A stretch of 64,000 nucleotides of DNA from Parasitella parasitica NRRL 2501 (lineage: Eukaryota; Fungi; Mucoromycota), in NCBI GenBank assembly GCA_025201805.1, contig MU619263.1, positions 195,715 through 259,714 on the forward strand. Reading direction: 5' to 3'. Below, in pieces: positions 12,207-25,905 of the stretch. Position numbers and translations under genes: made by a program. Each line of letters opens with the position of its first letter. The first letter of the stretch is position 1. Below the pieces are notes generated by a model that was not told where the DNA came from, made no database searches, and saw nothing but the letters and a program-made list of their open reading frames with translations.

Positions 12207-14221
12207 TCATTCTGTTGCTGATTTCACTTTTAGCAGCCTAGGCAATATATAGTCTATTTTTTCAAGGCCTAATTCAGTTGGCCTTATACCCCCATCTTTT
12301 TTCCATTCATATAGCAGCTCTTTTGGTATAAAGTAGTTAAAATTATCCGTTATATCATCTTCTTGGATCAGCAACTTTGCTTCTATGAACACTTGAAGAG
12401 CGTCAGTATCTATTACATTCTCCAATGTCTCGCCGCCTGTCATTTTTGAAAATCTTGATCTTGGAATGCCCATACGAGTACGCATGCCAAATACAATCAA
12501 CTCCTATCAGCTTGATAAATAAATAATTACCTGTACATATAAATACAACAATGCATTTAGTACCTCTGCCATATCATGCATAGAAATAGGTTGTAATTTG
12601 CGAATGCTATTGTAATGCCATTAAAAGTGTGTTGATGATTATTTATTAATGTACTCTTCTTTTTTTTTTTTTTTTACCCTTCCCCTTCAGCTTCGCAAAG
12701 TGCCATATACTTGTTAGGATGGAATTCCTAAAAAAAAAAAATCAATATTTCTTATAAAAACTAATGCTTTGATTTATAATACGCCAAAGGTACGGATCCG
12801 TTGATTTTTGCTGAAATCAGTTAATCTGCCATGAGCCCCAGGTCCAATTCCTATTATATGTTTTCACAAAAGTTATAGATACATACGTAGAAAAAGCTTT
12901 GTAGGAAATGGAAGACTTGCCTAAAAAATCCATGCCTTGCCAATAGGAGAAATTATGTCGACTAATAGCCTGTTGATTCTTTGCGTAACTAGAAACTTCA
13001 TAGTGATGATACCCATTATCAGCAGCAATCTTCACTGTTGCTTCGTACATGTCTGCTGCTGTATCTGGATCAGGAATAGTGGGCAGAAGTCCTATCAACG
13101 ATTGCTTGTAAAGGCTGTGTTTATCTGTAAATATCCGCCTCTTTTGATCGAGTATATACAAACACACTTACGGAGTACTCCTTTCTACAGTGAGTTGGTA
13201 CATGGATAAATGGTCGCCGGCTATATCTAATGCTTGCTGTTATGAGTTAGCGCATGATTCACATTTGACTTGGGCAAGTGACATCAATATATACTTGAAG
13301 TTCCTTTTTCCATTCTATTTTACGCTTGTTTAGTAGAGAAAGTGCTTCGCATACTTGATGACCATAAAATACCGTGCGTAGTTTGGCCGGGTCTAGCATA
13401 TATCATATCAAATGTAACTTTTTCCTTCTGAAATATATCCTTGGCCATCGACAATGCTTTGAGTGCTTCGTCTCCTGTATGATCTCGACCTAATAATTTG
13501 AGATCCTCTGTATTAAATGACTGAATCCCCAACGATAATCTATTGATGCCTGCTTGTCGAAACTCTTTTAATTTCGATTGTTCTAGAGACTTTTAAAGTC
13601 GGTTATTATCGATTGCATATATAAGATAAATTATAAGCTTACAGTAGGGTTTGCTTCCATACTGATCTCTATGTCTTTTGGTAATCCCACCTGTTCATTG
13701 ATTGTTTCCAGTATAGAATAGATGGCTGACGGCTGTGTGATCTTAAGTTATATATACATGCAATGCAATCAGACTATCGCATACCTTTGCCAAACCTGTT
13801 TTTACACAAACAACCGATGAGATAAACAAAAACAAAAACAAAAAAAAATTCGCATGAATATCCCAACTTACTCGGAGTGCCACCACCGAAATAAACTGAA
13901 TGAACCTGTTGATCTTTCAGGCCGTAGCTAGGGTCATTCAAGAAATACTTTAACTCAGTGACCATAGCCTTAACAAGCCTATCATGAGGTGGATCTTTCG
14001 GATTCACATATTTATTGAAATTGCAATAGGTGCATTTGCTCTCGCAATATGGCCAATGCACATATATGGAGAAAGAAGGCGTAGTTGCTACTGGTGGTGT
14101 TGTTGCTGATGAGTAGACTATAATAGTTAATTACCGGGATAAATAATTCCGCTTGAAGCTTAGTGTATATCCATGGCAACTAACCTCTTTTTGAAATCAA
14201 TGTCGCTAGTTGATCAGCCAT
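12207..14221 (-). CDS. RSAD1: Radical-SAM heme chaperone HemW/RSAD1 (HemN-like), about 12 exons including 11- and 20-nt micro-exons
   Basis: IYVHWPYCESKCTYCNF (CxxxCxxC), YFGGGTPS, MEANPT, NRLSLGIQSF, YEVSSY, HNFSYW (HemW-type HNxxYW), DFLGIGPGAHGR. Confidence 0.92.
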
Positions 14222-14764
14222 GAGAGCAGCATGATAATGTCGCATATTCACAGAATTTGACAGGTTGATTGTATATTTAGGGGAATTAAAGAAGTAGTGT
14301 CTATCGCAAGCAGCAAGGGGAGGAGAAAAAAGAGATTAAGTATCCGCCCCGGCTTGCAAACATGAAAACAAACAGACAAATCTATGTAGATCACACCTCA
14401 ATCTTGTTTATATAATGCTTAATATGTGCAAACATACATGCACCCATAATTTATGACTAGACCTGGAGGCTTGTGCTTTTTGCCATTTTCACTCATATGG
14501 CTTCGTGGTGCTCGATCGTCGGATGTTTAATGCCATCATAGCAACACTATGAGTTCATCTCATGGATGAACTTTATTAGCGGATGATGATCGCGTGAATA
14601 AGGTGCGTGCAGCAACAATAAAAATAATAACAACAACAATAACCATATTACCAAAGCTAAAAACGCACATGAAAAGATTCACGCAATTATAAATATACCT
14701 ACAAAATGTTTCTCTTCTTTTTATTCAGATCTTTATTTTTTCTTTTGCTTTTCCTAGCTCAAAA

Positions 14765-15615
14765 ATGAATACAAACTGGAAAAAAATCAAATTTGTTCTA
14801 TTCCCCCCAGCTAAACTTCCAAGCAACAACAAAACATCCATTCACCCGGATTACAACTGTAGTACAAAGCAAAATATTGACGATTATTACACTGAGGAAA
14901 GTGCACAGCAATCGAGACCATCTTCATCCTCTTCTAGCGTAACAAAAGTCAACCAGGAACAAAAAGTAACTTTCATATAAAATCCTTGCACAGAAATTTA
15001 TGTATGCTGATTCATGTTTAATAGTTGTCAATACATTCCCAGTCTACTGTTAGATGCAGCACACTTTTTATACCGAAAAGTTGTCCGACATTGGTTGACT
15101 CATTGAGTCACGATGATGGTGATGTTGATAATGGAATTCCCTTATCTATGCAGCATCTTTTGTCAGAGGGTACTGACCAAAACCCGATCCATCATCACAC
15201 CAAACATCACGACAAGAGAGAGGTGAAAGCGGCACTAAAAAGGTGTATGCTACCATTCAAAATTCACTACGAGCTAGAATGGCCTATTTCAACCCACGGC
15301 ACTCAAACTGCACAAAAGTCATGCTGGCTGCAGCTTGATACTCACACATCCAACGGCATTGAAAGAGTCCGCAAGCTGGGGTTTACTGATCTGGACGTGC
15401 GATTAGATGATGGCTTGACTCGATACATCAATTCAACAGTAGATGGTGGTGAAGAGAACGACAACGTGATTATTCAAGTATTGTTCGACCCTAATGGTCC
15501 TGCTGCTTCTCCTACAGATGATACTACAAGACAAGAGCAACTGTTACGTCTGCGCCGAGTTTATTGGTGGTCGACTAGCTACAATATAGCTCGAACCTTT
15601 TTACCTAGCCAATAG
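14765..15615 (+). CDS. Hypothetical protein (2 exons: 14765-14965, 15025-15615)
   Basis: Two ORFs joined in frame by GT-AG intron 14966-15024. TATA-like TATAAAT upstream. Globular-looking C-terminus (LRLRRVYWW). No family recognised. Confidence 0.7.
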
Positions 15616-15675
15616 CGTATCTACACCTATTTTGCATGAATCACAACAATCAAACTGTTTTATATATATATATAC

Positions 15676-15735
15676 ATACATTTACATTTACATTTACATT
15701 CATATTCACATTTACATTTACATTTACATTACATT
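15676..15735. repeat. (ACATTT)n hexanucleotide microsatellite in the 3' flank
   Basis: Imperfect tandem tacatt units visible. Confidence 0.85.
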
Positions 15736-16091
15736 GCATTACATATTTATATCTTATATATTGCATACTTTTCATAAATAAAATGAATTTTATGGCCATC
15801 CAAAGTAAAAAAAAAAAAAAAAAAAAAAAATGTCATTAAAGTCCTTTCGACATTTGTGCTACCACACTCTTTTGATCTATTACTTAAAATAGAGAAAGCA
15901 CGAGCAGAGTGTATCCGCTGCTTGTGTGCCCTTTTTTTTTTTTTTTTTTTTTTTTAATGGGGGGAGGGATACATAGTTGCCATATTTATTCACATGGATT
16001 CCACATTGTTTTCTTTTCATCGATTTATTAAAATTACTTTTTAGCCACACATACATTAACATGCATTCATTCAGGAAAAATGTGTGTTTTT

Positions 16092-16122
<31 letters not shown>

Positions 16123-16542
16123 TCATTTTATATTTTAGCTGTTGACGAGTTGAATATGGTTTAAACATGTATAATGTACAAATAAAAAAATAAAAAAAAA
16201 GATAATACTAGAGTGGAGAGAGGACATGCCTCTACGATTGTTGAGATGCTGTAAAAAAAAAAGACTCTATACGTATATAAAAAGGTAAATAGGGTGCATA
16301 AAAAAAGCAATGGTATTTGGGGTTGTTTGAATATGGGATCGAAAATAAATTCAGGCCTACATGAAAAAAAAAAATTAAATAAAAAAAAGGAGTAAAGAAA
16401 AAGGGTATCGAGAAAAAAAAAAAAAGGGAAAAAAAAAAAAAAAAAAAAAAAAAATAGGAAAAAAGAAAGGGTTTCGTTTTTGCAAAACAGATCAACGCCA
16501 TTGATAGAATTGATCTAATAAAGAAACTGTTAGCGATGCATA

Positions 16543-18091
16543 TTATAGAAAGTAAATAAATAAATCTTGCTTACTGTCAGTAGTAGGATCTTGGCTTTGC
16601 ATAATTGAATGGATTATATCATAATTTGTCGTTGAGCTTGCGGATGAAACAGATGAAGAGGAAATCGGCGTGTTTAAATGCACGCTACTGCTGCCAATGC
16701 TGGGTGTAGTCAAAGCTGGGATTGTGCTGACAATATTTTCAAAGTTATCAAATGTATTGAAGAATATTTGTTCGCTGCCAAATGGTGAATGAATCATGTT
16801 GTATTGATTTGGTGCGGAAGCTGTTACTGCTGTTGTTGTCGTTGTTGTTGCAACTGTAGGCGCGGCTGCTGCTGCATTATTATTAAGGTCAAATGATGTA
16901 ATCTGATCATTTAATGTAAGACTATTATGTCTAGAAACAACATGAGAGACATGCTGCTGATGCTGCATATTAGCAGTGGTGGGTTGATGGCTATTAAATC
17001 GGGGTCTTTGTGATGATACAATTCTTTGCTGTGATGGTTGATATATGGGAATTGTTTGGTGATCTGCATGTGCAGCTGCATTTCGATCTGCCGTCTGTTG
17101 ATAATAGGCAGGAGAAGGCATTAATTGCTGCTGCTGCTGTTGTTGTTGCTGCTGTTGTTGCTGCTGTTTCTGTTGCTGTTTCTGTTGCTGTTCTTGTTGC
17201 TGATATGTTTCAACTGTAGTATTCCCTTTTCTCCTTTTATTGTTGGATATCTTTGGAGGAGAGAGTGGTAGCTGTTGAATCTCGGAAGCTATTGATGAAG
17301 GAGGTGATGGAGACTGAGTCTTTCTGATGCTAGCTGATGTGCTTGGTTCAGGTGTCACGATGTCTTTTGACCGTTTTCGTTTTTTCGGTGTGTTCATAAA
17401 TTCAGTTGTAGATTGCCTTGATTGTGCTTTAAGGTTGCTGGACCTTTTCTTTGAGGACAATTTGACCATGACGGAAGGTGATTTTCTGAGATCAGCAGCG
17501 TCTTGATCTATCCTTTTCTTTATTCGCCTCCTTGAAAGGCTAGCTTGTCTCATTAATTGTTCGTTTTCTTTGCGTAATGCATGAATTTGACCTTGAAAAT
17601 CGCTTTCTCTTTCACTTGCATTAGAGACTATTTTTTAATTATATGTCAGATTTATATTCAGCGAAAAAGCCAAAAAAAAAGACATACCAAATTCAAGTGA
17701 TTTGGCTACAATCATGCTTTTACTAGGACGACGGATTTGCTGCAAGGCAGGTAATACGTGAGCTAATTCTTGAAACTTTGTGTTTAAGCCTTCTCGTCTT
17801 TGCCTTTCTAATGCATTGTGCGCGGTTCGTTTCTCGATATACGCAATGTCATCACTAAACATTGTGTTGGTATCTTGTCATTTACACAAACAACTCAAAT
17901 TACCTTTCATTCATTTGGGCGACGTTTGATGAAAACGAGATGCCAAGTGGGTAATTGGAAGAAGAAGATACTAAGGTGGATGTTGTTGCTGGCATGTTCA
18001 GTTGTCTACTGCTGTCATTTAATGTGGGAGAAGTTGCTGCTGTTGTACTTTGTGTTGATTTCTTTTTATCGCTATTTTGTTTCACTGACAT
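16543..18091 (-). CDS. bHLH-leucine zipper transcription factor (Max-like) with poly-Q region (3 exons)
   Basis: KRTAHNALERQRREGLNTKFQEL...RPSKSMIVAKSLEFV followed by a zipper (IHALRKENEQL). Basic-region H-E-R residues predict CACGTG E-box binding. CAG/CAA repeat at about 17125-17200. Confidence 0.9.
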
Positions 18092-18582
18092 GAAATGATT
18101 AAAAGAGGATAGAAATAATAATAGAAAAAAAAAAAAGAGATTTTTTTCGTTCTATTTATAAGAAAGTGTGGAGTAGTGGAAAAAGAAGCAGGGAATTGCA
18201 AAAGGCTAATTTTTCCCTTAATTTATATTTTTTTTTCATACACAAAACAGAGTATATTTACATATGTATACATAATGTGCCATTCACCAACCAGACAGCA
18301 GCAGTGAGTAAAAGCAGAGCCTTGTCCTTTCAATGTTGAATCGATCGCAAAGAGGCTATGGCCCTAATCACGTAAATCACCATCAAATTGGGAAGGCATA
18401 CTGCCTTTTCGTCACAATGAACTACTTGATTAAGCAACTTTAATCTCTTTTGGACTTACACAGTAGATCTCCAGATCGTGATTCCATACGGAACTGCTCG
18501 ATTTTCAGTTCTTGTTTGCCGTGTGCTTGTGGATTTAGCCTTTCGCAAATATACTCTGATCCTCCTCTCTTTTCCCTCTTCT

Positions 18583-18775
18583 NNNNNNNNNNNNNNNNNN
18601 NNNNNNNNNNNNNNNNNNNNNNNNNNNNNNNNNNNNNNNNNNNNNNNNNNNNNNNNNNNNNNNNNNNNNNNNNNNNNNNNNNNNNNNNNNNNNNNNNNNN
18701 NNNNNNNNNNNNNNNNNNNNNNNNNNNNNNNNNNNNNNNNNNNNNNNNNNNNNNNNNNNNNNNNNNNNNNNNNNN
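18583..18775. other. Assembly gap (N run)
   Basis: Run of n flanked by CT-rich and poly-C sequence. Confidence 1.
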
Positions 18776-20009
18776 CCCCCCCCCCCCATGTAGTCCTGAA
18801 AAAGAAGTTGAATAATAAAATATCTGTCATGTAAATCGCAATTACGCTATAAAAATTAACCTCAAGGTAACACAGTGCTGACCCTTGTGTAGCAGCATGG
18901 CTCATTATAGAAGAGAAATGGAAGGATAAAGAAAGAAAAAAACCCTAATTCATGATAAACAATTCATAATAGGAGAACATAATTCAGTTAAATATGGACG
19001 AGTAGAGGTGTCCAGACGATATACGCATATTTCTTTATGTGAGAATGCCATGGAAGACTGAGATTTTTCACAATTTAAAAATGCAAGCACAAGAGGAAAA
19101 AGGTTATGTACCAAAAAGGCAAAAAATGGGAGGGCTCAGACAATTCATGTTATCACGTAAATCTCTTTATTCGATCGATCCCTGAGTCTACTGTACAACA
19201 CACATTTTCATAAAAAGTTATTTTTTTAGGGCATAATGCCATACACTATCAAAGTAAAAAAAAAAAATGAAATGACAGAGAGATAGTGAAGGAGGCAGCA
19301 GATACAAGAAAGTAAACGGTTTAAAGCAATTGCAAACATGTCAATTGATCATGTTTGCATAATATATAAGGTTGCCAGGATTATGCCATTTCATACATAC
19401 ATGACATGTTTACAGGACAACATTTGCAAATCGAATAACCAGGCTGTAAAGGCAGATCTCTACGAGTTGTTATATTATTGTTGGGGAGTACGCACTGTGG
19501 TTGATCAAGCCTCTCCAGTCGCAAAAGGTGCTATTAACACGTTGGAATATACTTTTTTTACAAAAAAAAGTAAATTATTGCTTTCCCTGCAAATCTTGAC
19601 CTTTATAGAAAAAGTAAGATTTCCATGTATATTTTTAAACATGCTGTCATTTCATTATGCTCATTGCCTTTTTTCCAATTTTCTTTATTTTGTCTCCAAT
19701 TCTAATTATTTCTACTTTTACACATCGTTTTATTATGTCCAACAAGGACGATTCCAAAGTCCTAATCTTGAAGCATATCGGCCATTATACATACAGATTG
19801 ATCTTTATTTTGTATGGGTTTTTATATTATCCATTATATATGATAACTATTAACAATATATACTGTTATCCTCGTGTTACATTACCTAACTTTTATTCTA
19901 TTTGTCCTACAAAAACAAAAAAAAATGACAGTAATTTCTCCAAAAGGGATAAAACCCATTTTTGTCCGAAGCGAATTCAGTTTTTTACGATATTCTCAAT
20001 TTTAAATAA

Positions 20010-20048
20010 GCAGCAGAAGCAGAAGCAGAAGCAAAAGCAGAAGCAGAA
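20010..20048. repeat. (GCAGAA)n microsatellite
   Basis: Tandem gcagaa units. Confidence 0.85.
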
Positions 20049-20187
20049 ACATGAGTAAACAAGGAGAGCACACGTGCTGCAGTTATACATTTATCCGTAT
20101 TAGATAATGCCGATTTAAAATGATAAACATTTTGAAAAGGGGTAGTAAATAAAATAAAAGAAAACTTGGTGCCTGTCGCTCTGACAT

Positions 20188-20227
20188 GAAAATCGAAATC
20201 GAAATCGAAATCGAAATCGGAATCGAA
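20188..20227. repeat. (GAAATC)n microsatellite
   Basis: About six tandem aaatcg units. Confidence 0.85.
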
Positions 20228-21720
20228 GTTATACGGATACATCGCATACCGAATGGTTTTTTTTTTAGCCAAATTTAGAAGGTAAATGAGTGAGTGATGA
20301 TGCACTAACTATCAAGCATAGTCGAAAAACCCAAAGAGACATATACTTCCATGAACCAACTGCGAATTACTAGACGGCACTTGCTTCGAGCTTTTGCTAG
20401 CAAAAAAAAAAAGACTTTATTAGAAACCGTAAAGCCAGTTATCAATCTATAACTTGAGCATCGATTGTTGTTTATATCTACATTTAAAAGTTAGGATCAT
20501 TGACGTACCCAAATATTTGATATTTTGCCATGCCATGTTTGACAGATTTCGTTTTTACCGAAATGTGGGCTGAGCTTCTATATAATACCGTATAAATACT
20601 CGACTATCATTGTTTATGCAAATAAATCTTTCTGCAGTTTGAAACTCGATTTACTTGACTAATTCACCGAATTTTTGGATTTAAGATGATGTTATTTGAT
20701 AGAACATTAAATAGGGATTTTTGAATCTACACAGATCAACAAATGATTACAAAAACTACATTCTATACAAAATTCGTCAAAAATCACTCGCTATCCATAC
20801 CTTTTTTGCTTGGCTTTATTGTACGGCCATCATCAAGCTGTTAGATTCGTTCGTGAAGCCATCAAGTGGTTTCGAAATAAAGCCCAAACACCCGACGATA
20901 AGAAACCAGGCTACTATTAAAAAAGCAAGCTCCCGATAAGGAAGAAGTTAAGCCTGTTTTTTTTTTCAACTAAGAATAGTTGCAATGCTTGATGGAGAGG
21001 CCCCGAGCATAACGTAATCTCCCCGTCTTTCAAAAAGATTGGTTATCACGATAAAGCTCGTTAAAGAAAGAGCCCTTGAGTTGTGCTAAAGCTACTTGAT
21101 ATTATGAAATATTAACATTAAAGTTCGAAACTTATTCTACTGAATGTAGTGCGATCTCTAAAACTTTTTGTTGGTTGTAATAATTGGCGTGGGTCGAGCT
21201 GTTTTAGAACGTTTGATTGGGTATAATTCAACTGTTTGATTTCATCCACCCTCTTTCCTCACACTTGAAAAACGTTACAGTGGTATTTTTTTCCGTTGTC
21301 TCTTTCAAACAGTCATCAAAGAAGCGATGTATTAACTTGTTCAGGCTAGAATTTTGCTCCTCATTGTAATCATTGATTATAATATCCTGAATTCTGAGCA
21401 TATAGTGGCCTTAAAGGGCTGTATCAGAAGAATGCTTCAAAAAGAGATGGCCACACGCTACAAACTAATTGCTGCTAAAAAAAAAAAAACTTTTAAGACT
21501 GAACTTTTGATTTTAGATGTCTTTCATTTCATCGGACAAACGGTGTCATACTGTTGAGATACATATACCGGTAGAATTGATCAGTAGTGCCTTGTAATGC
21601 AGCTGATTTAATCACATTGAAAGTGGATTCAACTGGCGAAAACCCGGGACACACGTTGATACCGGCTCATTGAAGCACTCCTTTCTGTTCTTTGGTTTTT
21701 CTACAAAGAAATTAAAAAAG

Positions 21721-23102
21721 ATGGAACCTGAAGACAAAGATACATTCCATGTAGTTATTCGACTACCCTTCAAAAGACCACAAGGGTTTGTTGAACCACC
21801 TTTGGTAGCGTTGCCTTCCCTTTTTTTTTCAGTTTGCATAATGATTATTAACTTAACCGTTTGCTTAATAGATAGTCTGGACAGAGGAAATGGAGCACAA
21901 ATTATGGAAGTATATGAGTCAAAAAAATACAGACTGTAACTATTAAAAAAAAACAGATGTGGAATTGCAAAATCTAAGTCATCGTTATAGGGAATGTTAT
22001 CGCAGAACAGCTGGGTGTACCTTCTTCGTACGTTGTTCGTCATGCAGCCTTTATCTATGAAAATCAGCTACGTGGCATTCACCAGCAATTACGATTAAAT
22101 ACAAACAATTCAAGCATAAACAGGAATAATTCAAAGAGTCCTACACTAACAAAACCGCGATCAAGTAGGCATTTAATCATGTATAGTATTAAGGTGATTA
22201 ACCTATCTTTTGGTTTTTTTTTTTAAAATCTCAATAGCATCTATTCGATATTCCAATACATTACAATATCAACAACAACTAGAACAGCAGCAGCAACAAG
22301 AATCTCAAAGAATAGAAAACAGTGGCTCTATACCGCGATCGAATACATCATCCCGTCTCGCTGACACGGCAAAAGATGATCCATCAATCAAATCATTATT
22401 GGGCAGTAGTGTGTATAAAAGCACATCTACCGCCACAGCTGCAAATCATGTTGCTCCATATGCGATTAGTCACAACCGTCCTAGCAGTAGCAAAGAAAGT
22501 ATCACTCAGGCACAACACGAAGACGATGAGGACGAGGATGAGGACGAGGCGGAGAAAAATAGTATCGACGAAGAGGCAAAGACGGATGACGAAGAGTTCA
22601 GTAGTCATTTTGAACGTATGAAGTTGCAAGTAGAAGAACCTGCATTTTTGCTACAACAGCGAAAGGAAACCCATGCCGGCGCTAGCTCAAGTGGTATTCA
22701 AAATAGTCGCCAGGCATTGAGTATGTCTATACAGAACTTGAAAAGACTGCACACGGACAAATTAAATAACGAAGAAGTGCCAATTGAAATGTCATCTACG
22801 GCATCATCTTTACACTCGACCAGAACATCTAGCACACAACCTCATTCTCCAGCGACAGCAAACTTTCAGATATCAACTGCAACAGGCTCAAGCAACGAAA
22901 GTGCCATGAATTCGATTGGATCCTCGTTCAGCGACATATCAGATTCGTCTGTGACACAATCAGCATTGGAAGAGGCCTTTTTATCAAAGTTCAATCAAGG
23001 ATCAAAAATGTAAGATTTACCATTTTTCGAATGTGATCATGTACTCATCACCATTTTTTTTTTAAATGACCTAGGTCCATGTTGAGCTTTTCTCGGAAGT
23101 AA
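21721..23102 (+). CDS. ATG29: Autophagy-related protein Atg29 (5 exons)
   Basis: Spliced N-terminus FHVVIRLPFKRPQGFVEPPLIVWTEEMEHKLWKYMS..DWNVIAEQLGVPSSYVVRHAAFIYENQL matches the Atg29 N domain. C-terminal SSFSDISDSSVTQSALEEAFLS matches the fungal Atg29 tail. Confidence 0.85.
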
Positions 23103-23485
23103 CACACGTATCGTATTATGAAATATACAGCACATGAAAAAAAAAAAAAAAAAAAAAACTGGATACCCAAAGATAAAATAAACTATTTTCAAGGCTATAT
23201 CAAACATATACTGTGACAGTATAGCAAGCTCAATTCCGAAAGAAGAAACAGATGGTCTTGGTTACTTTTTATTAAGCAATTCATAAATCGAAATATTTAC
23301 TTACCCAATTGCATTAAAAGGTCAAAGCCAAAGAGTTTCTTTGAAACATGTGATAAATTTCGATGGTTCATACAAGCATCCTGAGCACTTGAAATGCCTT
23401 GTCGAGTAAATGCAACGCTCAATTAATACTGAGTTATCCCCACTTTTTATATTTGTTTACTTTCCTTCAAAGAGTATTGTCTCCA

Positions 23486-23970
23486 TCAAAAGGCGAGCCC
23501 AGTATCTGTTTTCTGTACAAAAACATCAGCTTCCACAAATTCTGTCCAGTATTCATAATTCTTCTTTAAACTTGCAGCCTTTGTATTCTGTGTATATACA
23601 GTATCTAACATTGCTGTGATTTTTCCTGGACTCTTGATTTTTGCTTCTACTTTTTGCACTACACCTTTGGGTATTCTAGTACTTTTCAATAAAGGGATGT
23701 ACAGCTCATCATAGCCACCATTTTTCTTTCTGCAATGTACAATTGAGCGCAGAAGACAGATTTGAAATTGCATTCCAGTAATCTGCTTTCTCTTTGGATG
23801 TCTGGGCTCTGCTTCGAAGCCCACTGGATGGCTTCAGAATCGAAGCTGGAGGGTTGATGATGGTTGAGCCTGCAACGTAGCATTATAACTGTCTTTTTCT
23901 GAACCTCATTGTTTGACGGCAAGCGTACAATAAAGCTAAGAAGAAGAAGAAGAAAAAAGCAAAAGACCTT
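23486..23970 (-). pseudogene. Possible decayed or uncharacterised coding remnant
   Basis: Protein-like 112-aa frame (LLRSIVHCRKKNGGYDELYIP...YEYWTEFVEADVF) with no convincing ATG or spliced upstream frame. Confidence 0.25.
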
Positions 23971-24504
23971 ACGTCTTGTCTTTGCTAGTTTTGGATGGGA
24001 TGTGGTGTTTGGAACCAGTTTTTACCTGTGTTGGTCCAAATTCTCATTTTCTGCCAAAGCAGGCTGTAGCTGCGATTTCAGGAATTGCTGGCTTGTTGTC
24101 AATGTCTGGATAATGTCTTGTTGCTGTCTTGTTCATCGTTGTTGATTTTGCTATTGCAACTGAAAGGATATTGCGCTAACAGGGAATGGTGGTAAGGGTT
24201 ATGCCCAACTTCTTTGTTATAATTGTTGTTGAATGTATGCATCACGAAAGTAAGATGTATACATTCAGAGCTCTGATAATAAACGAGATTTTGTGGTAAG
24301 CCAGGACTTCAATTTTACTGTCTCAATGCAGGGAAATGTTCAGTCTCTTTCACTCATTTACCTTTTACGTTTGAAAGGGGTTTGTTTTTTTTTTTTCAAT
24401 TTTTATTTCAACGATGCACGATACTGTATGTTTAAGCGAAAAATGTAACAAAAAAAAAACTCTTTATAACTTATATAAAAAAAACCGCTAGCATTTTAAA
24501 GAAT

Positions 24505-25905
24505 TTACTTCTTTTCCTTCTTGGGGGGTTCATAGCTGGTAGCCAGAAGCTTAACAATCTCCTCATCGTTGACAGACTTATCAGACTGAGCCTCAACAGC
24601 ATCGTAGCGAGGGTGAGTGAGCAAAGTGTTGCCCTTCTTGGTGACCATGACGGTGGCCAAATATTGGGCAACTACAGCTTCATCACGTTCGTACATGACA
24701 TCATAAGGCAAAACAGTTTGATGCTTGGCAGCTTCGACAATACCCATACGAGCTTTACGCTCATCTTCTAAATCACGAAGAGAGAAAGGGAAGGCACCAG
24801 CCTTGTCTTGAATTTCGGACAAAACAGCACGAGAAGCAGCCATCTTCAATTGGTAACGGATACCAGTCTTTTTGTAGATGGTAGTACGGGTCTTCAAAGG
24901 ACGAACCTTACCTTCGCCAGTAGAGATGAGAATGTCGACAGCATAGACTTCATTTTCGGCAAATTCGATACGCTTGAAATCACGCAAATGGTTGTCGGAG
25001 GGGTTCAAGATGATTTGCTTCTCACCATCAGTCTTATCTTTGAGTTGGTTGTGAGATAACATGCCTTCAACAGCCTTCACGCCATAAGCTTCGGCAATCT
25101 TATTAACAGCCTTGGTAATATCCATATTCTGATACAATGTTTGAGTGATTTTGCTGGCCAATTAACTCGGGAATTACAAACCTTGTTACCAGGGCGGATC
25201 ATGCGAAGTGTAGCCTCCAAGGCAGTCTCGGCAGCCTTGATAGCGTCAGCCTTGGAGCCGCTGATAGGACCCTTGGCACCAACAACAATGGTAGTGGCGA
25301 CAGTGGCACAGTAACCGTCGAATTGGACACCCAATTGACTATTTCACAATGTTACATGTCATGCAAAAAAAAAAAAACCACCAAAAAAAAAAAAAAAACA
25401 ACTTACATCTTGGCAACATCACCCTCCTTCAGGGTAGCGGCAGCCTCGGGATCAGAGACAATAGGACTGAAATGAGCAACGCAGTTGTTGACAGAAACGG
25501 TGGTAGGGAACCCAATACCTTTAAATTTTTGATATTTAGCGAAATCACAACACAAAAGCCACAAAACGCAATGTTAGTTTTACCCTTATTGGTCTTGATC
25601 TTGCTGTAAATGGCCTCGGTGGCCTTTACGATGGCCTTGTCACCTTCGACACAGATATCAATGATCTTGGCGTCGACAACACAAAGCTTGATGACCTTGT
25701 CAAGGACAGCTAAAAAAAAAAAAAAAACAACAGTTAGATGTTCAAATGTCAAAAAAAAAAGCGCGTTATTGTTAAAGATCGTACCATCAGCAATCTTGCC
25801 GGCATCCTTATACTTTGTTTGAACGTTGCTGTCAGAGATGTCAAGAACAACGGGTTCAGCAACCTTCTTGGTCTCGGTAGGTTTAGCAGCCTTGGTGTCA
25901 GACAT
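24505..25905 (-). CDS. PA2G4: Proliferation-associated 2G4/Ebp1 (curved DNA-binding protein Cdb4; non-catalytic M24 fold), 5 exons
   Basis: VQTKYKDAGKIA, KGIGFPT, KIQLGVQFDGY, VEGMLSH, EVYAVDILISTGEGK, YQLKMAASR, FPFSLRDLEDERKARMGIVE. Confidence 0.92.

Noticed and set aside
18450-18905. ORFs spanning N gaps (also near 31358 and 34789-35390)
   Set aside because: Artefacts of translating through N runs.
19338-21557. Several + ORFs in the long intergenic region
   Set aside because: AT-rich low-complexity or microsatellite-derived translations (QKQK, FDFD); no coherent spliced model.
24163-24171. ATATCCTTT on the minus strand, matching a U12 AT-AC donor
   Set aside because: No good TCCTTAAC branch site, and the AC acceptor I tried does not give an open frame. 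No U12-type donors were seen in the confident genes.
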